Of a stretch of DNA of 64,000 nt, positions 42,531-55,125 are shown piece after piece (the first letter of the stretch is position 1; every line of letters starts with the position of its first letter). The DNA comes from Macrostomum lignano (Eukaryota). A program made the position numbers and the translations under genes. The stretch spans positions 682,001 to 746,000 of the forward strand of contig NIVC01000052.1 of NCBI GenBank assembly GCA_002269645.1. Reading direction: 5' to 3'. The notes beneath the pieces are model-generated. The model was given only the letters and a program-made list of their open reading frames with translations. It was not told the DNA's origin and searched no databases.

Positions 42531-43664
42531 CGACCGATCGATGGCCCTCCTCTGCCTATATAAGACTGTGGAGCCGGCCATTCTAAGCGGGGGGAATTTG
42601 GTCCAGCGGTCAGCGCAGCCGCCTTACAACTGCAGGACCCGAGCTCGAATCTTCGGCCTTGGAATAACACAAAATTTGGTTGCGGCTTGAAAAAAATTCC
42701 CTCACATAGACGTACCTTACTACTCGTGGGTAGACAGTCTCTGATAAATGCGAGTAGCAAAAGTTTCCAAAAGGGCCTGCATCCGTGGGAAATCTCTGCT
42801 CTCTTGACTGTGTTTAAAATTCCTTCCCATCGATTCATTCGTCCTTGATGAGTTGCGTTCATCCGGATTCTCGAGGCTTTTGTACAGGTTGATAAATAAT
42901 TCTGCACCCTCTGAAACGCTGAAAACAATTAGAGAATTCTAGCTCACTTGCACATGCTACTTAGAAGTAAATTGTCAGTAGTAAAGCCTGCTCGGGTATG
43001 CCACTTATCCGATGTTGATAGCAAAGATTTGTGTACAACCAGTTATTTGCATAAAATTTAAAGTATCAGAATGCTTCCATCTGAAAATTTCAACTCTTAT
43101 CATATCCCAATGCAGCTACTACTGGTGAGTAGTCAAGTTAAAATGAGTTTTTTATTGATATCAAATAAATTTTTCCTACTATGGTAAAGCTGAATCGAAT
43201 GAGCGTGCGTATTTGTTTAAAAAAATTTTCCAGTCAAAGAAAAGTTTCCAACTCAACATATCGGCGTATTGTGTTTTATCTTGGATTTGGCACACGAAAA
43301 TGGAATATTGTTATTGTATTGTTAGGATATGTGTTAATATATGTGTTAAAATAAATCATATCACCTAGCTCGCATAGACTACTGTCAGTAAGGCATTGAG
43401 ACATTCCTACGAGTATTTGGGTAAAATTTACTTGCGCCGCAAGCTGATTGAAGAAGACAATGGTTGCTTCCGTTCTTGGAGTACTTGAGTTAGATATTGT
43501 CAATAAATTTTCCGAAAAATAAACTTTAAAAAATAAATAGAAAATTATTTACCAAAAGGCAGCCTAAAAAACACAAAAACACATCATCACTACTCAGAAA
43601 AACAGTAGTATGTCACGGACTCTGGAAGAGCACTGAGTGGCGAAAAAATAAATGAAATGTTTGA

Positions 43665-44325
43665 GATCCCAATAGTGAGGCTGGGAGATCCCACTGATGA
43701 GGCTGAGAGATCCCGATGATGAGGCTGTGAGATCCCACTGATGAGGCTGGGAGATCCCAATGATGAGGCTGTGAGATCCTATTGATGAGGCTGGGAGATC
43801 CCACTGATGAGGCTGGGAGATCCCAATGATGAGGCTGTGAGATCCTATTGATGAGGCTGGGAAATCCCACTGATGAGGCTGGGAGATCCCGATGATGAGG
43901 CTGTGAGATCCCACTGATGAGGCTGGGAGATCCCAATGATGAGGCTGTGAGATCCTATTGATGAGGCTGGGAGATCCCAATGATGAGGCTGTGAGATCCT
44001 ACTGATGAGGCTGGGAGATCCCAATGATGAGGCTGTGAGATCCTATTGATGAGGCTGGGAGATCCCAATGATGAGGCTGTGAGATCTTACTGATGAGGCT
44101 GGGAGATCCCAATGATGAAGCTGTGAGATCCCATTGATGAGGCTGTGAGATCCCAGTGATGAGGCACAGAGATCAAAATGATGAGGCAGAGATATCAAAT
44201 GATGAGGCTGGGAGATCCCAGTGATGAGGCTGTGAGACTCCAATGATGAGGCAGAGATATCAAAATGATGAGGCTGGGAGATCCCAGTGATGAGGCAGAG
44301 AGATCCCAATGATGCGGCTGAGATA
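43665..44325 (+). repeat. 22-bp array with alternating 44-bp dimer
   Basis: gatgaggctgggagatcccaat / gatgaggctgtgagatcctatt. Confidence 0.94.
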
Positions 44326-44453
44326 CCAACACCCTCAACATAGATGAGCTGCAATGCACATAAGGAACAAAGACACCCAGCGTGGGGATTAGATAAGAAA
44401 ATTGAAGCAGCGGCAAGTTGAGGGTGGCCGATAGAAGCGGGGTTTGGAGCAGC

Positions 44454-47079
44454 CTAACAGGCTCCGCAGTTGGCGCCACCGCCTCCACCGCCGCCGCCGC
44501 CGCCGCCCGAGTGACCAACGCTGGTCCGCTTGCTGCGTTTGATGGGCAGCCGGCTCTTATCCAGCGACAGATCGATGCGCAGCATCACCAGATCCAGCAG
44601 CTTGTCTATGGCCGGCTTCACGTTCTCACCTGTGCAAGCGCTGGTCTCCAGGTAGGGCATGCTTGATGGGGGGGGGGTTGGGTGATTTCCACATTGTCAC
44701 ACGGATATCAATATTCCAATGTCACACCTAATGTCACACGGAAATCGATATCCCATGTCACTCCTAATGTCACACGGAAATCGATATCCCAATGTCACTC
44801 CTAATGTCACACGGAAATCGATATCCGAATGTCACTCCTAATGTCACACGGAAATCAATATCCCAATGTCACTCCTAATGTCACACGGAAATCGATATCC
44901 CAATGTCACTCCTAATGTCACACGGAAATCGATATTCCAATGTCCCACCTAATGTCACACGGAAATCGATATCCCATGTCACTCCTAATGTCACACGGAA
45001 ATCGATATCCCATGTCACTCCTAATGTCACACAGAAATCAATATTCCAAAGTCACTCCTAGTGTCACACGGAAATCGATATCCCATGTCACTCCTAATGT
45101 CACACGGAAATCGATATCCCATGTCACTCCTAATGTCACACGGAAATCAATATTCCAAAGTCACTCCTAATGTCACACGGAAGTCAATATTCCAAAGTCA
45201 CTCCTAATGTCACACGGAAATCAATATTCCAAAGTCACTCCTAATGTCACACGGAAATCAATATTCCAAAGTCACTCCTAATGTCACACAAAAGTCAATA
45301 TTCCAAAGTCACTCCTAATGTCACACGGAAGTCAATATTCCAAAGTCACTCCTAATGTCACACGGAAATCAATATTCCAAAGTCACTCCTAATGTCACAC
45401 GGAAGTCAATATTCCAAAGTCACTCCTAATGTCACACGGAAATCAATATTCCAAAGTCACTCCTAATGTCACACGGAAATCAATATTCCAAAGTCACTCC
45501 TAATGTCACACGGAAATCAATATTCCAAAGTCACTCCTAATGTCACACGGAAGTCAATATTCCAAAGTCACTCCTAATGTCACACGGAAATCAATATTCC
45601 AAAGTCACTCCTAATGTCACACGGAAGTCAATATTCCAAAGTCACTCCTAATGTCACACGGAAATCAATATTCCAAAGTCACTCCTAATGTCACACGGAA
45701 ATCAATATTCCAAAGTCACGCCTAATGTCACGGAAATCGATATCCCATGTCACTCCTAATGTCACACGGAAATCAATATTCCAAAGTCACTCCTAATGTC
45801 ACACGGAAATCAATACCCCAATGTCACTTCTAGTGTCACACGGAAGTCAATATATTCCAATGTCACTTCTAGTGTCACACGGAAGTCAATACATTCCAAT
45901 GTCTCTCCTAGTGTCACACGGAAGTCAATATATTCCAATGTCACTTCTAGTGTCACACGGAACTCAATATCTTGATGCCACTCCAAGTGATGCCAAATGT
46001 CACTCCGGTACTGGATATCTGAATGTCACTCAATAGTCACCCTGACTTTCACTCCAATGTCACTCCAAACATTTCCCAACGTCACAGCCAGGCAGCCAAG
46101 TGCTCACTTGAGCTCGTCCGCCAGCCGCTGTGCCCTGTCGCAGGTGACGGCTCGCAGGTCAGCCAGGTCCTTCTTGTTGCCAACCAGCACAATGTCCGGT
46201 CTGTCGCAGTACGCGTTTGTCTGCAGCAGGCTCAGCCAGTTGCGAATGTCCAGGAAGCTCTGCTCAGAGGTCAGGTCGAACACCAGCAGGAAGCCCATGG
46301 CGTCGCGAAAGAAGGCGGTGCTCAGTGAGCGGAACCTCTCTTGGCCTGCCGTGTCCCTGCGGGCAGGCAGCAATGACTTTGATATTCGCAGAGGAGCAGG
46401 GAACAGGAACTCAGTTCACACATCCAAAGTCAGCGACTAAATCTGACGGCAAACACGTCGTACCAACCAGATTCCACATCATAGCAACCAGATTCCACAC
46501 CATAGCAACCAGATTCCACACCATATCAACTAGATTCAACACCCTAGAAACCAGATCCTACACCCTAGCAACCAGATTCCACACCCTAGCAACCAGATTC
46601 CACACCCTAGAAACCAGATTCCACACCCTAGAAACCAGATCCTACACCCTAGAAACCAGATCCTACACCCTAGCAACCAAGTTTACCACCTTAGCAACCA
46701 GATCCTACGCGATAGCAACCAAGTTCAGCACCCTAGCAACAAGTTCTAACACCTAAAAAACCAGATTAAAAACCCTAGCAACCAAATCCCGCATACCCAT
46801 AACCCCAGGCAACCAAGCGCCAAAAGCAACCAAAACCAACCACAGCTGCAGGTGAATCCGCTGAGTCTCCCCAGACTGCCCGTTGCCGTCAGATTTGTGC
46901 AGCAGCCTCTTCTGCCTAAAATCGATTCCAACTGTGCTGACAAATCTGGCATTGAAGACTCCGTCAGTGTACTGGTAGAGAATCGAGGTCTTGCCTACCC
47001 CCGAGTTGCCCAGGGCCAGCAGTTTGATCAGGTAATCATAATCGTCGGAGTATTTGCCGCCCCAGGAGCCGCTGGCAGC
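44454..47079 (-). CDS. RAB27: Rab27-like small GTPase, exons 47079-46841, 46356-46108, 44661-44454; no genomic ATG found in frame
   Basis: [41 protein letters not shown]|[53 protein letters not shown]. Both junctions are phase 2, and the total of 696 nt is in frame. Confidence 0.93.
44695..46070 (+). repeat. 37-bp array filling Rab27 intron 2
   Basis: Unit gtcacacggaaatcaatattccaaagtcactcctaat. Confidence 0.96.
46460..46790 (+). repeat. 21-23-bp array in Rab27 intron 1
   Basis: Unit accctagcaaccagattccacac with variants. Confidence 0.9.
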
Positions 47080-47159
47080 CTGAAATTCGAGCGGGACCGT
47101 TGTGAGCGGCTGCAGTGTGCCAATGCAGTCAGCGGGCGAATGCTGTTCTGGCTATTCTA

Positions 47160-47209
47160 CAGACAGACAAACAGAGACAGGCAGACAGAAGACAGACAGA
47201 AAGACAGCC

Positions 47210-47250
<41 letters not shown>

Positions 47251-47251
47251 C

Positions 47252-47312
<61 letters not shown>

Positions 47313-47373
47313 GAGAAAGACAGACAGACACTAAGACAGACAGATAGACAGACAGATAGACAGACAGACACTA

Positions 47374-47460
<87 letters not shown>

Positions 47461-47479
47461 TAGACAGACAGACAGACAC

Positions 47480-47518
<39 letters not shown>

Positions 47519-47598
47519 CAGACACTAGGACAGACAAACAGACAGACAGACACTAGGACAGACACACAGACAGACACACAGACAGACAGACAGACGGA
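47160..47598 (+). repeat. (GACA)n tract between Bora and Rab27
   Basis: Direct reading; (TCTG)n on the sense strand. Confidence 0.96.
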
Positions 47599-47972
47599 CA
47601 ACTAATTTCATCAACATTAAAAAAGAATTCTACTCTCTAATTTTCTAGTACAAATATATTAAAAAACAAACGCATTCAATTCTGCCTACTTAAAGTAGCA
47701 GATTTTGTATATTTGATATACGGAGCACAAGTTTAATTGGCCAAGACCGGATTGTATATAGTCGAGTATCTTGCTGCAGCTCGCATTCGCAAGCGGACAG
47801 CCATAAACTCAGATTGAAGCTGAAAGAAGGTAAAGTTTAAATGCAGAAAAGCACTAGAAGGATTGCATATTACAGGTTCCTAAAAAATAGACAAATCCCA
47901 ACAGAGAAGCACTGAGACCAATATAAAAAACAGAGCATAACAGATTCAATGATTTGACAAATGCCTCGAAAA

Positions 47973-50861
47973 TCAAGTTGGCGTCAGCAGGGCGTCTTCA
48001 AAGTTCGCCGACGCTGTCCCAGAAGGTTGGTCAACAGCCGCAAACGCATTCGCCGCTGTTGCCAGCTGCCCGCCAGCAGTGGGGGTGGCAACCAGATCCG
48101 ACATGGAGCCTGACGAGCCAGTTAAAAAACTGCTGCCATCTCCGTAACTGGAGGCGGCCATTCTCTGCTGCTGCTGCTGCTGCTGCTGCTGCAGGCTGCT
48201 GGTGCAGAACACGCTGGCCGGCTGCGAGTCGGAAGTTGTGTCCATGCTGCAGTAGCTGCGATGCAAGGGGAGCCAAACGGTTGATTTTCATGTACACACG
48301 ATTCCCCTGCCCCAATGTACACACGCTCCCCCTGCCCCAATGTACACACGCTACCCCTGCCCCCAATGTACACACGCCCCCCCTGCCCCAATGTACACAC
48401 GCTCCCCCTGCCCCAATGTACACACGCTTCCCCTGCCCCCAATGTACACACGCTCCCCCTGCCCCCAATGTACACACGCTCCCCCTGCCCCAATGTACAC
48501 ACGCTTCCTCTGCCCCCAATGTACACACGCTTCCTCTGCCCCCAATGTACACACGTTCCCTCTGCCCCCAATGTACACACGGTCCTCCTGCCCCCAATGT
48601 ACACACGGTCCTCCTGCCCCCAATGTACACAGGCTCCCTCTGCCCCAATGTACACAGGCTCCCCCTGCCCCCAATGTACACACGGTCCTCCTGCCCCCAA
48701 TGTACACAGGCTCCCTCTGCCCCCCCAATGTAGACACGCTTCCCCTGCCCCCAATGTACACAGGCTCCCTCTGCCCCCCCAATGTAGACACGCTTCCCCT
48801 GCCCCCAATGTACACACGCTAATCCTGCCCCAATGTATACACGCTTCCTCTGTCCCAATGTACACACGCTCCCTCTGCCTCCAATGTAGACACGCTTCCT
48901 CTGTCCCAATTTACACGGGCTCCCTATGCCCCTAATGTATACGCGCTCCCTCTGCCCCAATGTACACATATGCCACTCACGAACGCTCTCTGATAACCTC
49001 CATAGGCTGAAAGTTTGGCTGTAGTTTCGGCCGAGTCTGCTGGCCAAGCTGCGGACTGCCGCTGCTAGGCAAAACCTGAAACGCCTTGACAACGCGATCC
49101 GGCGTCAATGGCAACTGCGAAATCTGCAGCGGTGGCGACGGTCGCACGGGACTGGACTCAGCCGCCCAGTCAGCGGCCGGCTCGCCGCAGCAATTGTTCG
49201 TCCCTCCATCATCATTGTCAGATATGATAGCGGCGAGATCAAAGAAGGCCGGGATAGACAGTATTGTCTGAGTGGACACTGCGGGAAAAAAGCGTAAATG
49301 TATGTTGAGGGGAAGGGCGTGTGTACATTGGGGGCAGAGGGAGCGTGTGTACATTGGGGGCAGAGGGAGCGTGTGTACATTGGGGGCAGAGGGAGCGTGT
49401 GTACATTGGGGGCAGAGGAAGCGTGTGTACATTGGGACAGAGGAAGCGTGTGTACATTGGGGGCAGAGGGAGCGTGTGTACATTGGGGGCAGAGGGAGCG
49501 TGTGTACATTGGGGCAGAGGGAGCGTGTGTACATTGGGGGCAGGAGGAGCGTGTGTACATTAGGGGCAGGGGAGCGTGTGTACATTGGGGGCAGAGGGAG
49601 CGTGTGTACATTGGGGGCAGAGGGAGCGTGTGTACATTAGGGGCAGGGGGAGCGTGTGTACATTGGGGGCAGAGGGAGCGTGTGTACATTGGGGGTAGAG
49701 GGAGCGTGTGTACATTGGGGGCAGAGGGAGCGTGTGTACATTGGGGCAGAGGGAGCATGTGTACATTGGGGGCAGAAGGAGCGTGTGTACATTAAGGGGC
49801 AGGGGAGCGTGTGTACATTGGGGGCAGAGGGAGCGTGTGTACATTGGGGGCAGAGGGAGCGTGTGTACATTAGGGGCAGGGGGAGCGTGTGTACATTGGG
49901 GGCAGAGGGAGCGTGTGTACATTGGGGGCAGAGGGAGCGTGTGTACATTGGGGGCAGAGGGAGCGTGTGTACATTGGGGGCAGACGGAGCGTGTGTACAT
50001 TAGGGGCAGGGGGAGCGTGTGTACATTGGGGGCAGAGGGAGCGTGTGTACATTGGGGTAGAGATAGAGTGTTTTGATTGTGGGTAATATGACGAGTTTAA
50101 ACTACAGAGGGATTGTGTATACATTGGGGCAGGGTTAAGAGGGCGTGTGTACATTAGGGAAGAGGGTGTGTGTACATGGGCGAAGAGAGCGTGTACATAT
50201 GAGGTGGTGGGGGTTTCGCAGCAAGTTCGCACCGTTCCACTTGGGCGCACACTCGGTGCCGCTGTCTACGTGCGGCTCCTCCGGTCGGCTCCGGCCGCCT
50301 CCTTTGCCGTTATCAAAACCGGCCGGAGAAGGCGCCACAATCTGGGACTTGAAGTATGCCTCGATGGCGTCCTGCACGCCGAACTGCGAGTCCCAGTGTG
50401 CCGTTAGGCGAGCGCTATAAGCCTCCTGTTTAAGCGCTGTCTCCTCCGAGCTGTCAATCTGGTCGGGGCAAACCCGAGCCCGATGGTCCGGCGATAGAGT
50501 TGCGGCGGCGGCTGCTGCGGCAGCGGCGGCGGTGGCAGCGGCCACGGCGGCGGTCGGGGCGAAGATGCCGGGGCTGACGGTGATGCCGCCGTTCCAGCCG
50601 CTGCAGCCGCCGCCTGCCAGGCCGGCGCTGGCCTCCCAGCGCAGGAAGGGATTGTAGTAGCGGGCACCGCTGGGTGTGCGCAGGCTGACGTCGCTGATGG
50701 CGCCTCCGGGTCCGTGGCTGTACAGCAGCTCGTAGCCGCCGTTGTGCTGCTGCTGATCAGCCTGCTGCTGCTGCTGCTGCTGTTTTGTCGGAGTGCTTGA
50801 ACTGAAATTTTGTTTGAGCATTTTGCGGCTCAATGCATTTGGTGAAATAGCTGCATTGCGT

Positions 50862-50894
<33 letters not shown>

Positions 50895-50932
50895 GACAGA
50901 CAGACAGACAGACAGACAGGCAGACAGACAGG

Positions 50933-50974
<42 letters not shown>

Positions 50975-50975
50975 C

Positions 50976-51020
<45 letters not shown>

Positions 51021-51023
51021 AAC

Positions 51024-51054
<31 letters not shown>

Positions 51055-51233
51055 CACAGACAGACAGACAGACAGTACCAACTAACCTACCTGAATTTGC
51101 TGGGCGAGAGGCCGGCAGCAGCGCTGCTGTTATCGCAGGCAGAGAGCTGCTGCTGCTGCTGTGACGCCTGCAGAGATTCCACAGTCAGCTCGCAGTCGCT
51201 GGTTGCCATGCAGATGTCTCCCTGGGAGTCCAT
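47973..51233 (-). CDS. BORA: Protein aurora borealis (Bora)-like, exons 51233-51091, 50801-50233, 49278-48981, 48255-47973; 430 aa
   Basis: GT-AG junctions in phases 2/1/2, total 1293 nt in frame. Ordered motif match to the Bora N-terminal domain as recalled: YYNPF (NPF), VSPGIF (SPSVF), [14 protein letters not shown] (SIDQLAVINPVEID), [17 protein letters not shown] (QKAIEEFFTKDVIVPSP), [13 protein letters not shown] (CQTLLSLPVDFNL). Confidence 0.8.
48290..48970 (+). repeat. 25-28-bp array in Bora intron 3
   Basis: Unit cccctgcccc(c)aatgtacacacgctc. Confidence 0.95.
49315..50190 (+). repeat. Same 27-28-bp family, inverted, in Bora intron 2
   Basis: Unit gagcgtgtgtacattgggggcagagg. Confidence 0.95.
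50863..51075 (+). repeat. (GACA)n in Bora intron 1
   Basis: Direct reading. Confidence 0.95.
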
Positions 51234-51269
51234 GAAATTTTCTGGAGTAAACGCCGAAAAGTACAGGTA

Positions 51270-53035
51270 TTCACTACGGGATTATTCAAAATCCACTACG
51301 GGATCATTCAATATCCACTACGGGATCATTCAGTATCCACTACGGGATCATTCAATATCCACTACGGGATCATTCATTATTCACTATGGGATCATTCATT
51401 ATTCACTATGGGATCATTCATTATTCACTATGGGATCATTCAATATCCACTATGGGATCATTCAATATCCACTATGGGATCATTCATTATTCACTATGGG
51501 ATCATTCATTATTCACTATGGGATCATTCATTATTCACTATGGGATTATTCATTATTCACTATGGGATCATTCAATATCCACTATGGGATCATTCAATAT
51601 CCACTATGGGATCATTCATTATTCACTATGGGATCATTCATTATTCACTATGGGATCATTCATTATTCACTATGGGATTATTCATTATCCACTATGGGAT
51701 CATTCATTATTCACTATGGGATCATTCATTATTCACTATGGGATCATTCATTATTCACTATGGGATCATTCATTATTCACTATGGGATCATTCATTATTC
51801 ACTACGGGATCATTCATTATCCACTATGGGATCATTCATTATCCACTATGGGATTATTCATTATCCACTATGGGATCATTCATTATTCACTATGGGATCA
51901 TTCATTATTCACTATGGGATCATTCAATATCCACTATGGGATCATTCAATATCCACTATGGGATCATTCATTATCCACTACGGGATCATTCAGTATCCAC
52001 TATGGGATCATTCAATATCCACTATGGGATCATTCATATTCACTATTCACTATCCACTATCCACTATGGGATCATTCATATTCACTATTCACTATCCACT
52101 ATCCACTATGGGATCATTCATTATTCACTATGGGATTATTCATTATCCACTACGGGATCATTCAGTATCCACTATGGGATCATTCATTATCCACTATGGG
52201 ATTATTCATTATCCACTATGGGATCATTCATTATTCACTATGGGATTATTCATTATCCACTATGGGATTATTCATTATCCACTATGGGATCATTCATTAT
52301 TCACTATGGGATCATTCAATATCCACTATGGGATCATTCAATATCCACTATGGGATCATTCATTATCCACTACGGGATCATTCAGTATCCACTATGGGAT
52401 CATTCATTATCCACTATGGGATTATTCATTATCCACTATGGGATCATTCATTATTCACTATGGGATTATTCATTATCCACTATGGGATTATTCATTATCC
52501 ACTATGGGATCATTCATTATTCACTATGGGATTATTCAATATCCACTATGGGATCATTCATTATCCACTACGGGATCATTCAGTATCCACTATGGGATCA
52601 TTCATTATCCACTATGGGATTATTCATTATCCACTATGGGATCATTCATTATCCACTATGGGATTATTCATTATCCACTATGGGATCATTCATTATCCAC
52701 TATGGGATCATTCAATATCCACTATGGGATCATTCAATATCCACTATGGGATCATTCATATTCACTATTCACTATCCACTATCCACTATGGGATCATTCA
52801 TATTCACTATTCACTATCCACTATCCACTATGGGATCATTCATATTCACTATTCACTATCCACTATCCACTATGGGATCATTCATTATTCACTATGGGAT
52901 CATTCATTATCCACTATGGGATCATTCATTATCCACTATGGGATCATTCATTATCCACTATGGGATCATTCATTATCCACTATGGGATCATTCATTATTC
53001 ACTATGGGATCATTCAATATCCACTATGGGATCAT
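51270..53035 (+). repeat. ~23-bp array between dUTPase and Bora
   Basis: Unit cactatgggatcattcattat(t/c)c, about 75 copies with a recurrent longer variant. Confidence 0.97.
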
Positions 53036-53615
53036 TCGCCAATCGCCAAAACTGTGTGACACCTAAAAGTACATTTGAAAAGGATAAACAGAGGTGCTTG
53101 TGCCAGATAAAGTGAATTAAAATTGAAGTTACGAGTATATTGAATATATTGTGAGTTGAGTTCGTTGTAATAATTAACTAAAAGCTTTAATTTAAGCACC
53201 GGAAAAGGTCGAAAAATAGCGAGCAATATAACGAATGAAATTATGTAATAAATTGCAATTACGATATTAACAATACTACTTACGAGTAGAGCAGCTGCAT
53301 TAATTTTGGAATTGAATAAATGCGGCGAGTAGGTGCAAAAATTATTACAAAAATAAATTATTCTAAGACTGTAAAAACGTATTTAGAGTAGAAAGGAAAT
53401 TAACAGCTACTATTAGTAATATCATAGGTGCGAATTGGGATAGTTAAAGCAATTGTATTATACTACTGACAGCCAGTTAATCAGTAGGACGTAGCAAACT
53501 AGAAATTTTTACTTCCGAATAAAGTATTACTATTTGGGAAAAAAAGTTAGCAAATTATGCTACTGACAACCGGCTGGTCAGTAGTGCAACTGGAGCATTT
53601 TTTCGCTAAACAATT

Positions 53616-54146
53616 TCACTGCATTCCGGTGCTACCGTAGCCGCCAGCTCCGCGAACCGTAGCATCCAGCTCGTCAACTTTAACAGCCGGCGGCGTGGCA
53701 ACCACTTCCAGCACTAGCTGAGCGACTCGATCCCCAACGCTTACTTTGAAGTCCTCGGCGGCGTGATTGAACAGCACAACGCCGACGTTGCCCCGATAGT
53801 CCGGGTCGACAACCCCGGCGCCAACGTCGATGAAGTGCTTGGCGGCCAGGCCTGACCGGGGCGCCACCCGGCCGTAGCAGCCGGGCGGAATGGCCACGGC
53901 CAAATCTGTGGGCACAATTGCCTTGCCCCGGCTAGGGATGCTCATGTCAGCGGCCGAGCACAGGTCGTAGCCAACAGCCCCAGCGGAGCCTCTGACTGGC
54001 GGCCGGGCCTTGTCAGACAGGCACTTGAATAGCAGAGGCTGATGCTGCGGCTGCTGCTGGGGTGACTTGACATTATCGATCTCTGACAGGGCTCGCTTAG
54101 CTGGCGGAATTGGCGAGGCCGATGCGGTGGTCACAGCGTTCTCCAT
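53616..54146 (-). CDS. DUT: dUTP pyrophosphatase, intronless, 176 aa
   Basis: All five dUTPase motifs: [44 protein letters not shown]-terminal [10 protein letters not shown] resembles the nuclear-isoform NLS. Confidence 0.97.
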   Translation of the reverse strand: MENAVTTASASPIPPAKRALSEIDNVKSPQQQPQHQPLLFKCLSDKARPPVRGSAGAVGYDLCSAADMSIPSRGKAIVPTDLAVAIPPGCYGRVAPRSGLAAKHFIDVGAGVVDPDYRGNVGVVLFNHAAEDFKVSVGDRVAQLVLEVVATPPAVKVDELDATVRGAGGYGSTGMQ

Positions 54147-54254
54147 TTTAGTATCAGATGGGCATGCAAAAGTAAGTTTAATAGCAGCCTTGGTTGACTT
54201 GAGTTGTTGGAAAATTGCCCCTGCGATTTAATGAGTATAGGGGGGACATCTTAG

Positions 54255-55125
54255 CACTGGCAGTGCGGGGTGTACGGGTGGAGGTGTGGGGTACAGGGGT
54301 GGCAGTGTGGGGTACAGAGGGGTAGCAGTGTGGGGTACAGGGGTGGCAGTGTGGGGTATAGGGGTAGCAGTGTGGGGTACAGAGGGGTAGCAGTGTGGGG
54401 TACAGAGGGGTGGCAGTGTGGGGTACAGAGGGGTGGCAGTGTGGGGTACAGAGGGGTAGCAGTGTGGGGTACAGAGGGGTAGCAGTTTGGGGTACAGAGG
54501 GGTAGCAGTGTGGGGTACAGGGTGGCAGTGTGGGGTACAGAGGGGTAGCAGTGTGGGGTACAGGGTGGCAGTGTGGGGTACAGAGGGGTAGCAGTGTGGG
54601 GTACAGGGTGGCAGTGTGGGGTACAGAGGGGTAGCAGTGTGGGGTACAGGGTAGCAGTGTGGGGTACAGAGGGGTGGCAGTGTGGGGTACAGAGGGGTGG
54701 CAGTGTGGGGTACAGGGTAGCAGTGTGGGGTACAGAGGGGTGGCAGTGTGGGGTACAGAGGGGTAGCAGTGTGGGGTACAGGGTAGCAGTGTGGGGTACA
54801 GAGGGGTGGCAGTGTGGGGTACAGAGGGGTGGCAGTGTGGGGTACAGGGTGGCAGTGTGGGGTACAGGGTGGCAGTGTGGGGTACAGAGGGGTAGCAGTG
54901 TGGGGTACAGAGGGGTAGCAGTGTGGGGTACAGGGTAGCAGTGTGGGGTACAGAGGGGTGGCAGTGTGGGGTACAGGGTGGCAGTGTGGGGTACAGGGTG
55001 GCAGTGTGGGGTACAGAGGGGTAGCAGTGTGGGGTACAGAGGGGTAGCAGTGTGGGGTACAGAGGGGTAGCAGTGTGGGGTACAGAGGGGTAGCAGTGTG
55101 GGGTACAGGGTGGCAGTGTGGGGAA
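54255..55125 (+). repeat. 20-23-bp G-rich array
   Basis: Unit gcagtgtggggtacagagggg(tg/ta). Confidence 0.96.

Noticed and set aside
42700-43503. AT-rich minus-strand segments with protein-like frames and ttttcag acceptors
   Set aside because: The middle segment has stops in all frames, and no consistent spliced model or family match was found.
44454-51233. Bora-Rab27 fusion protein
   Set aside because: The last Bora exon ends in TGA at 47975-47973, and no donor linking it in frame to the Rab27 acceptor was evident.
53616-54146. Viral or horizontally acquired origin of the intronless dUTPase
   Set aside because: The sequence is close to metazoan DUT with an NLS-like N-terminus, has the same codon style as its neighbours, and has no flanking viral genes.
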